From contig DASPNP010000075.1 of assembly GCA_035626475.1 (NCBI GenBank), forward strand, positions 11,788 through 75,787: a stretch of 64,000 nucleotides of DNA, read 5' to 3'. Shown in pieces: positions 1 through 8,617 of the stretch. The number at the start of each line of letters is the position of its first letter. Position 1 is the stretch's first letter. The notes beneath the pieces were generated by a model. That model did no database searches and was not told the DNA's origin. It was given only the letters and a program-made list of their open reading frames with translations. This stretch comes from Azospirillaceae bacterium. GTDB taxonomy: Bacteria; Pseudomonadota; Alphaproteobacteria; Azospirillales; Azospirillaceae. The position numbers were made by a program, and so were the translations under genes.

Positions 1-670
1 CACAGGCGGCCCGGGCCTCGTCCGTCATCTCGCGCCAGTGGTTGGAGTGCAGCATGACCCAGGTGGCGGCGCGCGGCGCCTTCAGCGCGGCCACCAGTTC
101 GGGCGTGACCGAGCCGGGCGCCACCACCGGCACCCGCGTGTGCAGCCTGACGACGCCGACATGGGGGATCGCGTCCAGCCGGGCGACGATCTCCCCCAGC
201 CGGCGGGGCGACAGCACCAGCGGGTCGCCGCCGGTCAGGATCACCTCCCACACCTCGGGATGGGCGGCGACATAGGCGATGGCGGCGTCCAGCTCCTCCG
301 CCGTCAGGGCGTCGGCGCCGGGGCCGACCATCTCGCGCCGGAAGCAGAAGCGGCAATAGACCGGGCAGACCGTCGTCGCCTTCAGCAGCACGCGGTCGCG
401 GTAGCGGTGGACGATCCCCTTCACGGGGGAGAAGGCATCGTCGCCGATCGGGTCGGCCAGCTCGCGCGGGTCGATCCGCAGCTCGGCGGCGCTGGGGACG
501 AACTGGCGGGCGATGGGGTCCGCCGGATCGGTGGGATCGACGAGCGCCGCCATCTCGGACGTCACCGACACGGCGAAGCCGGCGGCCACCCGCTCCAGCT
601 CGGGCAGGTCGGCGGCTTTGGCCAGCCCCGCCTCGACGAGGCCGGCGGCCGTGCGGATGGTCCGGCCCAT
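1..670 (-). CDS. KamA/EpmB-family radical SAM aminomutase (lysine 2,3-aminomutase-like); C-terminal part runs off the window
   Basis: Absent from the ORF track because there is no stop in the window. Reverse-strand translation from ATG (complement of 668-670) reads MGRTIRTAAGLVEAGLAKAADLP...GIVHRYRDRVLLKATTVCPVYCRFCFRREMVGPGADALT...VILTGGDPLVLSPRRL. It has the CxxxCxxC radical-SAM motif and KamA-like flanking blocks. Confidence 0.8.
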   Translation of the reverse strand, partial: MGRTIRTAAGLVEAGLAKAADLPELERVAAGFAVSVTSEMAALVDPTDPADPIARQFVPSAAELRIDPRELADPIGDDAFSPVKGIVHRYRDRVLLKATTVCPVYCRFCFRREMVGPGADALTAEELDAAIAYVAAHPEVWEVILTGGDPLVLSPRRLGEIVARLDAIPHVGVVRLHTRVPVVAPGSVTPELVAALKAPRAATWVMLHSNHWREMTDEARAAC

Positions 671-801
671 GGGGCGTCCTCGGCAGGATGCGGTAACCCG
701 CGGGGAAATGGCGCTTGCGGAGGGGCCGCGTCAAGCCCCTGGCGGCGCAGCCCTCCCCTCCGGCATGCTGCCGTTTCGTCCGCAACGATTGGAAGACGGA
801 C

Positions 802-2829
802 ATGCCGACAAGAATGATCGCCGCCGCCGCATTGGCCGGAGTCGCGGCGCTGACGGGAGGGAACGCCATGGCCGAGCCGAAGATCGCCCCTTACGGCACC
901 TGGGAGTCGCCTGTCTCGGCCGAGGCGCTGGCCAACGGCGCGGTGCGGCTGGGCAGCGTCGGCGCCGCCGGCGGAAAGGCCTACTGGACCGAGAGCCGGC
1001 CGGCGCAGAAGGGCCGCGGCGTGGTGGTCACGCCGGACGGCACGGGCGGCATCCGGGAGCTGGTCCCCGAAGGCTTCAACGCCCGCACCCGCGTGCATGA
1101 ATATGGCGGCACGCCCTACGCGGTGGTCGGCGACACGCTCTACTTCAGCCATTTCGCCGACCAGCGGCTGCATGCCGTGCCGCTGGCGGGCGGGCAGCCG
1201 CGGGCGCTGACGCCCGAGGGGCACCGCTACGCCGACTGCGTCGCCGATCCCGCCGCGCCGCGCCTCTATTGCGTGCGCGAGGATCATGGCGCCCCGGGGA
1301 GCGGATCACATGAGCCGCGCAACTTGGTCGCCGCCGTGCCGACGGCCGGGAGCGGCGCCGGAACCGCGCTGTGGGACAAGGCCGACTTCGTGGCCTATCC
1401 CCGTCCCAGCCCCGACGGCAGGCATCTCGCCTGGATCGCCTGGGACCACCCCAACATGCCCTGGGACACCACCACCCTGTACGTCGCCGAGGTGACGCCG
1501 CAGGGGCTGGGCACCCCGGTCGTGGTGGCCGGCGGCCGGGAGGAGTCCGTGACCGAGCCGCGCTGGGACGCGGACGGCACGCTCTACTTCATCTCCGACC
1601 GCACCGACTGGTGGAACCTGTACCGCTGGAAGGGCGGCAAGGTGGAGGCGGTGACGCGCGAGGCGGCGGAGTTCGCCGGCCCGCTCTGGACCCTGGGCCA
1701 AGCCAACTACGCCCTGACCGGCGACGGCCGCGCCGTGCTGCGCTACGGCGTGAAGGCGGTGGACCGGCTGGCGCTGCTGGACCTCGCCACCGGCGCGCTG
1801 ACGCCCTTCGACCTGCCCTATGTCGGCTTCGGCTCGGTGGCCTTGCTGGACAAGGACCATGCGGTGATGCTGGCCGCCTCGGCCGCCGAGGAGCCGGCGG
1901 TGATCGAGGTGGAACTCTCCAGCGGCGCGCACCGGGTGCTGCGCCGCCCCGGCGGCTCCGGCCTGGCGCCCGACCTCGTGTCGCGGGCCGAGGCGATCGA
2001 GTTCCCGACCAAGGACGACAAGGGCGCCGCCCGCACCGCCCACGCCTTCTTCTACCCGCCCGCCAATCCCGCCTACCGGGCGCCGGAGGGGGAGAAGCCG
2101 CCGCTGATCGTCGGCGTGCATGGCGGGCCGACCGGCCACCGCCGGCCGGAGTTCGAGCTGGAGGTGCAGTACTGGACCTCGCGCGGCATCGCCTTCGTCG
2201 ACGTGAACTACAGCGGCAGCTCCGGCTACGGCCGCGCCTACCGCCAGCGGCTGAACGGCGCCTGGGGCGTGGCCGACGTGGAGGACGTGGTCGCGGCGGT
2301 GGACTTCCTGGTCAAGTCCGGCCGGGTGGACCCCAAGCGCGTCGCCATCCGCGGCGGCAGCGCCGGCGGCTTCACCACGCTCGCCGCCCTGGCCTTCCGC
2401 GACACCTTCAAGGCCGGCGCCAACTACTACGGCGTCTCGGACATGGAGGCGCTGGCCCGCGAGACGCACAAGTTCGAGAGCCGCTATCTGGACGGTCTGG
2501 TGGCGCCGCTGCCGGAGGGGATCGAGGTCTACAAGCGCCGCTCGCCCATCAACAACCTCGATGGCTTCAACGAGCCGCTGATCACCTTCCAGGGCTCGGA
2601 GGACGCGGTGGTGCCGCCGGCCCAGTCCCGCGCCATCGTCGAGGCGCTGAAGTCCAAGGGCGTGCCCGTCGCCTACGAGGAGTTCGAGGGCGAGCAGCAC
2701 GGCTTCCGCAAGGCCGAGAGCATCGTCCGGTCCAAGGAGGCCGAGCTGTATTTCTACGGCCGCATCTTCGGCTTCACCCCGGCGGGCGACCTGCGGCCGA
2801 TCCGCATCGACAACCTGCCGGAGAACTGA
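802..2829 (+). CDS. S9-family serine peptidase (prolyl oligopeptidase / dipeptidyl aminopeptidase-like) with signal peptide
   Basis: ORF 715..2829. Internal ATG at 802 gives MPTRMIAAAALAGVAALTGGNAMA (signal-like). N-terminal propeller-like region. C-terminal alpha/beta hydrolase part has IRGGSAGGFT (nucleophile Ser) and EGEQHGF (His). Confidence 0.85.
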   Translation: MPTRMIAAAALAGVAALTGGNAMAEPKIAPYGTWESPVSAEALANGAVRLGSVGAAGGKAYWTESRPAQKGRGVVVTPDGTGGIRELVPEGFNARTRVHEYGGTPYAVVGDTLYFSHFADQRLHAVPLAGGQPRALTPEGHRYADCVADPAAPRLYCVREDHGAPGSGSHEPRNLVAAVPTAGSGAGTALWDKADFVAYPRPSPDGRHLAWIAWDHPNMPWDTTTLYVAEVTPQGLGTPVVVAGGREESVTEPRWDADGTLYFISDRTDWWNLYRWKGGKVEAVTREAAEFAGPLWTLGQANYALTGDGRAVLRYGVKAVDRLALLDLATGALTPFDLPYVGFGSVALLDKDHAVMLAASAAEEPAVIEVELSSGAHRVLRRPGGSGLAPDLVSRAEAIEFPTKDDKGAARTAHAFFYPPANPAYRAPEGEKPPLIVGVHGGPTGHRRPEFELEVQYWTSRGIAFVDVNYSGSSGYGRAYRQRLNGAWGVADVEDVVAAVDFLVKSGRVDPKRVAIRGGSAGGFTTLAALAFRDTFKAGANYYGVSDMEALARETHKFESRYLDGLVAPLPEGIEVYKRRSPINNLDGFNEPLITFQGSEDAVVPPAQSRAIVEALKSKGVPVAYEEFEGEQHGFRKAESIVRSKEAELYFYGRIFGFTPAGDLRPIRIDNLPEN

Positions 2830-2855
2830 TGCCGGCTGCCGGGCGTTGAGGGGAC

Positions 2856-3593
2856 ATGGACCTAGCCCTGCCCCTCGCGCCCGGCATCCCGCCCGACTGG
2901 CTGCGCCCGCCCGACCTGAAGGCCGCCGGCGTGGTGCAGCGCGAACTGGCGGCCCGGGTCGTGGCCGAGGGCCCGCCCGGGCCAGTGCGCACCATCGCCG
3001 GCGTCGATGTCAGCAATTTCGGCCGCGACCCCACCAACCGTATCTGGGCGGCGGTGGTGGTGCTGGACGCCGACACGCTGAAGCCGGTCGAGACGGCTTC
3101 GGCCATGCGCATCGCGCCCATGCCCTATGTCCCCGGTTTCCTGGGGTTCCGCGAGGTGCCGGCCCTGCTGGCCGCCTTCGCCGGCCTGAAGGCGCTGCCC
3201 GACCTGGTGCTGGTGGACGGCCACGGCATCAGCCACCCGCGCGGCCTCGGCATCGCCTCGCACCTGGGCGTGCTGCTGGACCGCCCGACCCTGGGCGTCG
3301 CCAAGAGCATCCTGGTCGGCAAGCCGGACGGCGACTTGGCGGAGGAGCGGGGCAGCCGCGTGCCGCTGGCCTGGAAGGGCCGCGAGATCGGCGCCGTGCT
3401 CCGCACCAAGAACCGCACCAATCCGGTCTATGTCGCCGTCGGCCACCGCATCGACCTGGAGAGCGCCGTCGCCTGGACCCTGCGCACCGCCACCCGCTAC
3501 CGCCTGCCGGAACCGACGAGGCTCGCGCACGAGGCGGCGAACGCCGCGCGCCGGGCGGGGGCGGAGGACGGGTTGGGGGATGTCGGGGCATAG
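2856..3593 (+). CDS. nfi: endonuclease V (deoxyinosine 3' endonuclease)
   Basis: 245-aa ORF with IAGVDVS...VLVDGHGISHPRGLGIASHLGVLLDRPTLGVAKS, typical of Nfi. GAGGGGA Shine-Dalgarno lies upstream of the ATG. Confidence 0.9.
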   Translation: MDLALPLAPGIPPDWLRPPDLKAAGVVQRELAARVVAEGPPGPVRTIAGVDVSNFGRDPTNRIWAAVVVLDADTLKPVETASAMRIAPMPYVPGFLGFREVPALLAAFAGLKALPDLVLVDGHGISHPRGLGIASHLGVLLDRPTLGVAKSILVGKPDGDLAEERGSRVPLAWKGREIGAVLRTKNRTNPVYVAVGHRIDLESAVAWTLRTATRYRLPEPTRLAHEAANAARRAGAEDGLGDVGA

Positions 3594-3705
3594 CCCGCAC
3601 CGCGTTCCGACATCCGGGGAAAGGTCCTGCGGGAATCTCCCCGCCAAGGCGGCACGCGGGCGGTTCCATCGGGCCTGCGGCGGCGTTTACGTCCCGGGAA
3701 ACAGG

Positions 3706-3930
3706 ATGAAGGGCAAGGCAGCCATGGAACAGAAGCTACGCCTGCTCCAAGACATGCGCCTGATCGAGGGCCTCAGGAACGAGGCCGACCGGGTGGAGCG
3801 GGAATTCGGCCCGGACAGCGTGGCGGCGCTTCTGAACAGCCAGGCCGATCATCTGGAGGCCGTCCTGATCGCCCTCCACCCCGACCTGATCCCGAGCGAG
3901 ATCGCGCACTGGAACATGCGGGGGCGGTGA
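3706..3930 (+). CDS. hypothetical small protein (74 aa)
   Basis: In-frame ATG inside ORF 3430..3930, preceded by GGAAACAGG. Product MKGKAAMEQKLRLLQDMRLIEGLRNEADRVEREFG... is non-repetitive and helical-looking, unlike the Arg/Pro-rich upstream part of the ORF. No family recognised. Confidence 0.35.
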   Translation: MKGKAAMEQKLRLLQDMRLIEGLRNEADRVEREFGPDSVAALLNSQADHLEAVLIALHPDLIPSEIAHWNMRGR

Positions 3931-3952
3931 ACCCGGGCGGGTACGGGAAGCC

Positions 3953-4029
3953 TGGTGTCCCCGGCGGGATTCGAACCCACGGCCCCAGGATTAGGAATCC
4001 TGTGCTCTATCCAGCTGAGCTACGGAGAC
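3953..4029 (-). tRNA. tRNA-Arg (anticodon CCT)
   Basis: The reverse complement folds as a cloverleaf: acceptor GTCTCCG/CGGGGAC, D-arm GCTCAGCTGGATAGAGC, anticodon stem CAGGA/TCCTG with loop TTCCTAA, T-arm GTGGG-TTCGAAT-CCCGC, encoded CCA. Confidence 0.9.
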
Positions 4030-4121
4030 GACCAGGAAGGCCCTTATAGCAAGGGTTTGGCGGCTTGCCCAGCCTTCGGGAGGGGTGGCCTCCTCCGGTG
4101 ATCCCGGATGGCCCGCCCGCC

Positions 4122-4577
4122 TCAGTTGGTGAGGAGGCTGACGATCATCACCTCCTCCACCAGGTTGGCGTTGCAGGCGGCGTTGGCGAGGTCGCGGATG
4201 CGGTCCTTCAGCCACTTCACGTCCTTGGACGTCAGGTTGATCTCGGTGAAATGCTCGGCCGTCAGCGCCTCGGTGATGGTGCCGACGATGCGGGGCTTCA
4301 GCTGGTTCACCAGCGCGGCCTCCTCCAGCACCGTCTCGGTCAGCTTCAGGACCAGCACCACCTCCAGCTTCATGTAGGAGAAGCGGTCCCTGCCCGGCAG
4401 CAGGAAGGGCTGCAGGGCGATGCGGCGGGCGATCTCGGGGTTGGTCTCCCCCCCTGCGGCGCGCGCCGGCGCGGCGCCCGCCAGCGGCGTCAGGACCAGC
4501 GCGGCGAGGCCGGCCAGCAGCCGCCGGCGCGCGAATCCGCCCGGGCTGGGTACATCGCAGGAAGGGAGACTGGGCAT
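4122..4577 (-). CDS. hypothetical exported protein (twin-arginine-like signal)
   Basis: ORF 4122..4688. Internal ATG at 4577 gives MPSLPSCDVPSPGGFARRRLLAGLAALVLTPLAGAAPARA. The mature part (IALQPFLLPG...YMKLEVVLVLK...KPRIVGTITEAL...) is only faintly FliL-like. Function not assigned. Confidence 0.6.
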   Translation of the reverse strand: MPSLPSCDVPSPGGFARRRLLAGLAALVLTPLAGAAPARAAGGETNPEIARRIALQPFLLPGRDRFSYMKLEVVLVLKLTETVLEEAALVNQLKPRIVGTITEALTAEHFTEINLTSKDVKWLKDRIRDLANAACNANLVEEVMIVSLLTN

Positions 4578-4899
4578 GGTCGGTCGGACTCCGTCGCGCC
4601 GGGTGGCACGGCTACCGCCATGGTAGCAGAAACTGCGCCCCGGCGGCAGGGCGCGGCATGCCTCCTCCGCGCACCCGCCTGTACGCATGGACTGGCCGCC
4701 CGGCCTAGAACAAACCGGCAGTCATGCGGCGGTTTCCGACCAATGGTGGCATGGTTTCCGCCTCATTACCCAGAAATCGCGTTTAGCGGAGGAAGTCCCT
4801 TATCTCGCAAGGATGTAGTCCCTGTACGCGCACCCGCCGGAAGATGCTCACGTTCATTATACCCATGAGCCCGATGGGGGCTTGAGGGGAGCACGCATC

Positions 4900-6054
4900 A
4901 TGCCCACGAACTGGGAAAGCCTGTATGGAGACCGTTTCGGCGACTTGGCGAAGTTCAAGTCGCTGATGACCGGCAAGACCTATGGGGGCACCGCCGGCAC
5001 CGACAATCTCACCACCACCGACGGCCATGACCTGATCCGTACCCAGGCCGGCAACGACACGCTCTACGCCAAGGGCGGCAATGACTGGGTGGCGACCGGC
5101 GCCGGGCACGACCGGGCCTATGCCGGAGCGGGACACGACTTCGTCCAGGGCGGCGACGGCAATGACAGCGTCTGGGGCGAGGACGGCAACGACCAGTTGG
5201 ACGGCGGCGCCGGCGACGACCGCCTCTATGGCGGGTCGGGCGACGACCAGATCTGGGATTGGATCGGCAACGACCGGGCCGAGGGCGGCAGCGGCAACGA
5301 CGTCTTCGAGGGCGCGGCCGGCAATGACAGCCTCTATGGCGGCGACGGCCACGACCTGTTCCGCGACGGCGACGGCAACGACCTGCTGGACGGCGGCAAC
5401 GGCAACGACACGATCATGGGCGACGCCGGCAGCGACCGGGTCTACGGCGCCTCGGGCGACGATGTCCTCTATTCCGGCCGCGACGGCCGCGACCTGCTGG
5501 ACGGCGGCAGCGGCCGCAACATCTTCTACAATTATGGCCGCGAGGCCGACGGCTGGACCAACCTCCGCTGGGATGCGACCGCCAGCACGCAGTTCCACGC
5601 CAAGGGCCAGTTCGACCGGATCCACGACAACGGTGCCAGCGAGAGCGCGGACGTGCTGCACTGGTACGGCCGCGGCTCGCTCACGGCGACGCGGTTCGGC
5701 GGCGCGGCTGACTATGTCTGGAACGACGAGACGGCGTCCGGCGAGTTCGTCGGCGTGACCGACAAGATCGTGCTGCACGGCCTCACGGTCGGCGGCGTGG
5801 CCGTGAACAGCTTCTCGGTCTTCAAACAGATGATCGGCGACGGCCGCATCAAGTACAGCTATGGCGAACGTGAGGATTATTACTACCCCGAGGACGGCTC
5901 CAGCACGATCGAGAGCTGGGACATGGGCTGGCTGATGCTGGATTTCGGCCCCGCCGCCGACGGCACGGCGCGGGTGCTGACGCTGGATTACAGCTACTTC
6001 TCCGGCATGGACGGGGTGAACAGCTTCGACCCCAACCACTGGCAGTTCGCCTGA
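4900..6054 (+). CDS. RTX-type calcium-binding repeat protein (hemolysin-type GGxGxD nonapeptide repeats)
   Basis: Long run of GGxGxD-like units (GGNDWVATGAGHDRAYAGAGHDFVQGGDGNDSVWGEDGNDQLDGGAGDDRLYGGSGDDQIW...GGDGHDLFRDGDGNDLLDGGNGNDTIMGDAGSDRVYGASGDD), followed by a roughly 170-aa non-repeat C-terminus. ATG 4900 follows GAGGGGAG. The track start at 4882 is TTG. Confidence 0.85.
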   Translation: MPTNWESLYGDRFGDLAKFKSLMTGKTYGGTAGTDNLTTTDGHDLIRTQAGNDTLYAKGGNDWVATGAGHDRAYAGAGHDFVQGGDGNDSVWGEDGNDQLDGGAGDDRLYGGSGDDQIWDWIGNDRAEGGSGNDVFEGAAGNDSLYGGDGHDLFRDGDGNDLLDGGNGNDTIMGDAGSDRVYGASGDDVLYSGRDGRDLLDGGSGRNIFYNYGREADGWTNLRWDATASTQFHAKGQFDRIHDNGASESADVLHWYGRGSLTATRFGGAADYVWNDETASGEFVGVTDKIVLHGLTVGGVAVNSFSVFKQMIGDGRIKYSYGEREDYYYPEDGSSTIESWDMGWLMLDFGPAADGTARVLTLDYSYFSGMDGVNSFDPNHWQFA

Positions 6055-6101
6055 CCGGGAGCGTGCCGGGCGCGGGCCGGGCGCGGGCCGGGCGTGCGAT
6101 G

Positions 6102-7022
6102 TTACGCGCCCGGCCGCCACCCGGCCTCGGCCGTTCCCGGCGCGCCCGCCTCGCCCACCGCCTCCAGGCTGGTGACGATGTGGCGGTGCAGGCGCAGGCC
6201 GGGACCGGCGAGGCCCGGCGCCGACAGCAGCGCGATCTCGGTGTCGTGCAGGTCCGGCAGGAAGCCATGGCCATCGAAGACGGTCAGGCCCTGCGGCACC
6301 ATCTCCTTCGGCAGCACGGTCATGCCCAGCCCGGCGCGCACCGCCGCCAGCTGCCCCACCAGCGAGCCGCAGCTGTAGGCGACACGCCAGGACCGGCCGC
6401 TGCGGTCCAGCGCCTCGGTCGCGCGCTTGCGGTAGACGCAGGGCTCGGGCGAGACGACCAGCGGCAGCGCCCCGTCGTCGGCCGGCTCATGGTGGGCGGC
6501 GGCGACCCAGACCAGCGGCTCGCGCCAGACGCGGGTGCCGGCGCCGGCCCGGCTGGGCTCGCGCTTCACCAGCACCAGGTCGAAGGCGCCGGCATGGAAC
6601 CGCTCCAGCAGGTTCAGCGTCAGGTCGCAGGTCACCTCCAGCGACACCCGGGGATAGGCCCGGGCGAAGCGGGCCAGCACGTTCGGCAGATGGGCGGTGG
6701 CGAAGTCCTCGGGCGTGCCGAGCCGCACCAGCCCCTCCAGCGCCGGCTCCTGCACCCGCGCCACCAGCTCGTCGTTCAGCTCCAGGATGCGGCGGGCATG
6801 GCCCAGCACCTGCTCGCCCTCCGGCGTCGGCCGCACGCCCTTGGCGTTGCGCTCCAGCAACCGCTTGCCCAGCGCCTCCTCCAGCCGCTTGATCTGCAGG
6901 CTGAGGGTGGACTGGTTGCGCAGCAGCCGCTCGCCGGCCCGGGTGAAGCTGCCCAGATCGGCGATCACCACGAAGGCGCGCAGCAGGTCGATGTCGAGAT
7001 TGCGCAACGCCCGGTGCGGCAT
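6102..7022 (-). CDS. LysR-family transcriptional regulator
   Basis: MPHRALRNLDIDLLRAFVVIADLGSFTRAGERLLRNQSTLSLQIKRLEEALGKRLLER is a LysR helix-turn-helix, followed by a substrate-binding domain. Divergent from the dehydrogenase gene at 7130. Confidence 0.9.
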   Translation of the reverse strand: MPHRALRNLDIDLLRAFVVIADLGSFTRAGERLLRNQSTLSLQIKRLEEALGKRLLERNAKGVRPTPEGEQVLGHARRILELNDELVARVQEPALEGLVRLGTPEDFATAHLPNVLARFARAYPRVSLEVTCDLTLNLLERFHAGAFDLVLVKREPSRAGAGTRVWREPLVWVAAAHHEPADDGALPLVVSPEPCVYRKRATEALDRSGRSWRVAYSCGSLVGQLAAVRAGLGMTVLPKEMVPQGLTVFDGHGFLPDLHDTEIALLSAPGLAGPGLRLHRHIVTSLEAVGEAGAPGTAEAGWRPGA

Positions 7023-7129
7023 GTCCGCTCCATCAGGAATATCAATACCGGAACTTAAGATAATCAATTTCCGAAATGAGCGGCAAGGCCCTAACTCCTC
7101 CGGCAGGTTCCCTTTCGGAGACGCGCACC
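7023..7129. promoter_or_regulatory. AT-rich divergent promoter/operator region between the LysR gene and the dehydrogenase gene
   Basis: 7036-7080 (GGAATATCAATACCGGAACTTAAGATAATCAATTTCCGAAATGAG) is far more AT-rich than its surroundings. It contains CGGAA-N15-TTCCG and a repeated ATCAAT. No exact T-N11-A box assigned. Confidence 0.3.
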
Positions 7130-8617
7130 ATGAACATGATCACCCGCCCGGCCAATGACGGTTCCCTGTCCAGCAAGCGCGACGGGGTGCCCGTCACCAT
7201 CGCCCACGGCGACGGCATCGGGCCGGAGATCATGGCGGCGACGCTGCGCGTGCTGGCCGCCGCCGGCGCCCGCATCGCGCCGGAGACGGTGGAGATCGGC
7301 GAGGCGGTCTACCGCCGCGGCATCACCGCTGGCATCGAACCCTCGGCCTGGGAGAGCCTGCGGCGCACCCGGGTCTTCCTGAAGGCCCCGATCACCACGC
7401 CCCAGGGCGGCGGCTTCAAGAGCCTGAACGTCACCGTGCGCAAGTCGCTGGGCCTGTTCGCCAATGTCCGGCCCTGCACCGCCTACGCCCCCTTCGTCGC
7501 CACGCGGCATCCGAAGATGGACGTGGTGATCGTGCGCGAGAACGAGGAGGATTTGTACGCCGGCATCGAGCACCGCCAGACCGGCGAGGTCATCCAGTGC
7601 CTGAAGCTGGTCAGCCGCCCCGGCATCGAGCGCATCGTGCGCTACGCCTTCGAGTACGCCCGCGCCCACGGCCGGTCCAAGGTCACCTGCATGACCAAGG
7701 ACAACATCATGAAGCTGACGGACGGGCTGTTCCACCAGGTGTTCGACGAGATCGGCGCCGAGTATCCGGACCTGGTTAAGGACCATCTGATCATCGACAT
7801 CGGCGCCGCGCGCCTGGCCGACAGCCCCAAGCGGTTCGACGTCATCGTGACGCTGAACCTCTACGGCGACATCATCTCCGACATCGCCGCCGAGGTGGCG
7901 GGCTCGGTGGGCCTGGGCGGCTCGGCCAACATCGGCGAGCATTGCGCCATGTTCGAGGCGATCCACGGCTCGGCGCCCGACATCGCCGGCAAGGACATCG
8001 CCAACCCCTCGGGCCTGCTGCTGGCGGCCGTGCAGATGCTGGTCCATATCGGCCAGGGCGACGTGGCCGAGCGCATCCACAACGCCTGGCTGGCGACGCT
8101 GGAGGACGGCGTCCACACCGGCGACCTGTTCAACGAGGAGCACTCCACCGAGCGCGTCGGCACCCAGGCCTTCGCCGACGCGGTGATCGCGCGCCTCGAC
8201 CGTCAGCCGAAGAAGCTGGCCGCCGTCTCCTACGGCACGGCCAAGGCGCTGGCGGTGCCGCCGGCCCGCCGCCTGGCCGCCCCGAGGAAGGACTTCGCCG
8301 GCATCGACATCTTCCTGGACAGCCGCTTCACGCCCGACGATCTCGCCGCCGCGGTGAAGGCGGTGGAGGCCGGCCCGTTCGAGCTGGCGATGATCACCAA
8401 CCGCGGCGTCAAGGTGTGGCCGGGCGGGCTGCCCGAGACCTTCTGCACCGACCATTGGCGCTGCCGCTTCCTGCCGCGCGAGGGCGCCGTCGCCACGGCG
8501 GCCCAGGGTGTCCAGTTGGCCGCCGCGCTGATCGAGGCGGGGCTGGACGTGGTGAAGACCGAGCACCTCTACCTGTTCGACGGCAAGCCGGGCTACAGCC
8601 TGGGCCAGGGGCAGTGA
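7130..8617 (+). CDS. isocitrate/isopropylmalate dehydrogenase-family enzyme, most likely NAD(P)-dependent isocitrate dehydrogenase with a roughly 130-aa C-terminal extension
   Basis: IAHGDGIGPEIM, FLKAPITTPQGGGFKSLNVTVRKSLGLFANVRPC, VIVRENEEDLYAG, LNLYGDIISDIAAE..GSVGLGGSANIG, FEAIHGSAPDIAGKDIANP. The 495-aa length with an extra C-terminal domain matches the about 480-aa bacterial IDH type as I remember it. ATG 7130 chosen within ORF 7076..8617. Confidence 0.85.
   Translation: MNMITRPANDGSLSSKRDGVPVTIAHGDGIGPEIMAATLRVLAAAGARIAPETVEIGEAVYRRGITAGIEPSAWESLRRTRVFLKAPITTPQGGGFKSLNVTVRKSLGLFANVRPCTAYAPFVATRHPKMDVVIVRENEEDLYAGIEHRQTGEVIQCLKLVSRPGIERIVRYAFEYARAHGRSKVTCMTKDNIMKLTDGLFHQVFDEIGAEYPDLVKDHLIIDIGAARLADSPKRFDVIVTLNLYGDIISDIAAEVAGSVGLGGSANIGEHCAMFEAIHGSAPDIAGKDIANPSGLLLAAVQMLVHIGQGDVAERIHNAWLATLEDGVHTGDLFNEEHSTERVGTQAFADAVIARLDRQPKKLAAVSYGTAKALAVPPARRLAAPRKDFAGIDIFLDSRFTPDDLAAAVKAVEAGPFELAMITNRGVKVWPGGLPETFCTDHWRCRFLPREGAVATAAQGVQLAAALIEAGLDVVKTEHLYLFDGKPGYSLGQGQ

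Noticed and set aside
1306-2849. Long ORFs 1306..2700 (-) and 1371..2849 (+) overlapping the S9 peptidase gene
   Set aside because: Their translations are Arg/Gly/Ala/Pro-rich low complexity with no motifs. The frame at 802..2829 carries clear S9 peptidase motifs. These are typical shadow ORFs of about 70% GC DNA.
3600-4100. tRNA-Arg(CCT) as an integration site for a genomic island
   Set aside because: No integrase, no duplicated tRNA 3' end and no compositional break that I could see on either side. The neighbours (nfi, S9 peptidase) look like core genes.
4604-4618. Sigma-54-like sequence TGGCACGGCTACCGC about 280 bp upstream of the RTX gene
   Set aside because: GG and GC are at the correct spacing, but the -12 element reads CCGC instead of TTGC. 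No enhancer-binding protein gene is nearby. A single near-match in GC-rich DNA is expected by chance.
4783-6120. 445-aa ORF antisense to the RTX gene
   Set aside because: It is produced by the GGC/GAC-rich repeat DNA read backwards (AVA/VVA repeats). The plus-strand frame gives canonical GGxGxD nonapeptides.
6055-6125. Tandem GGGCGCGGGCC repeat and hairpin between the RTX and LysR gene ends as a bidirectional terminator
   Set aside because: The stem overlaps the LysR stop codon and lacks a U-tract on either strand. There is too little evidence to call a terminator.
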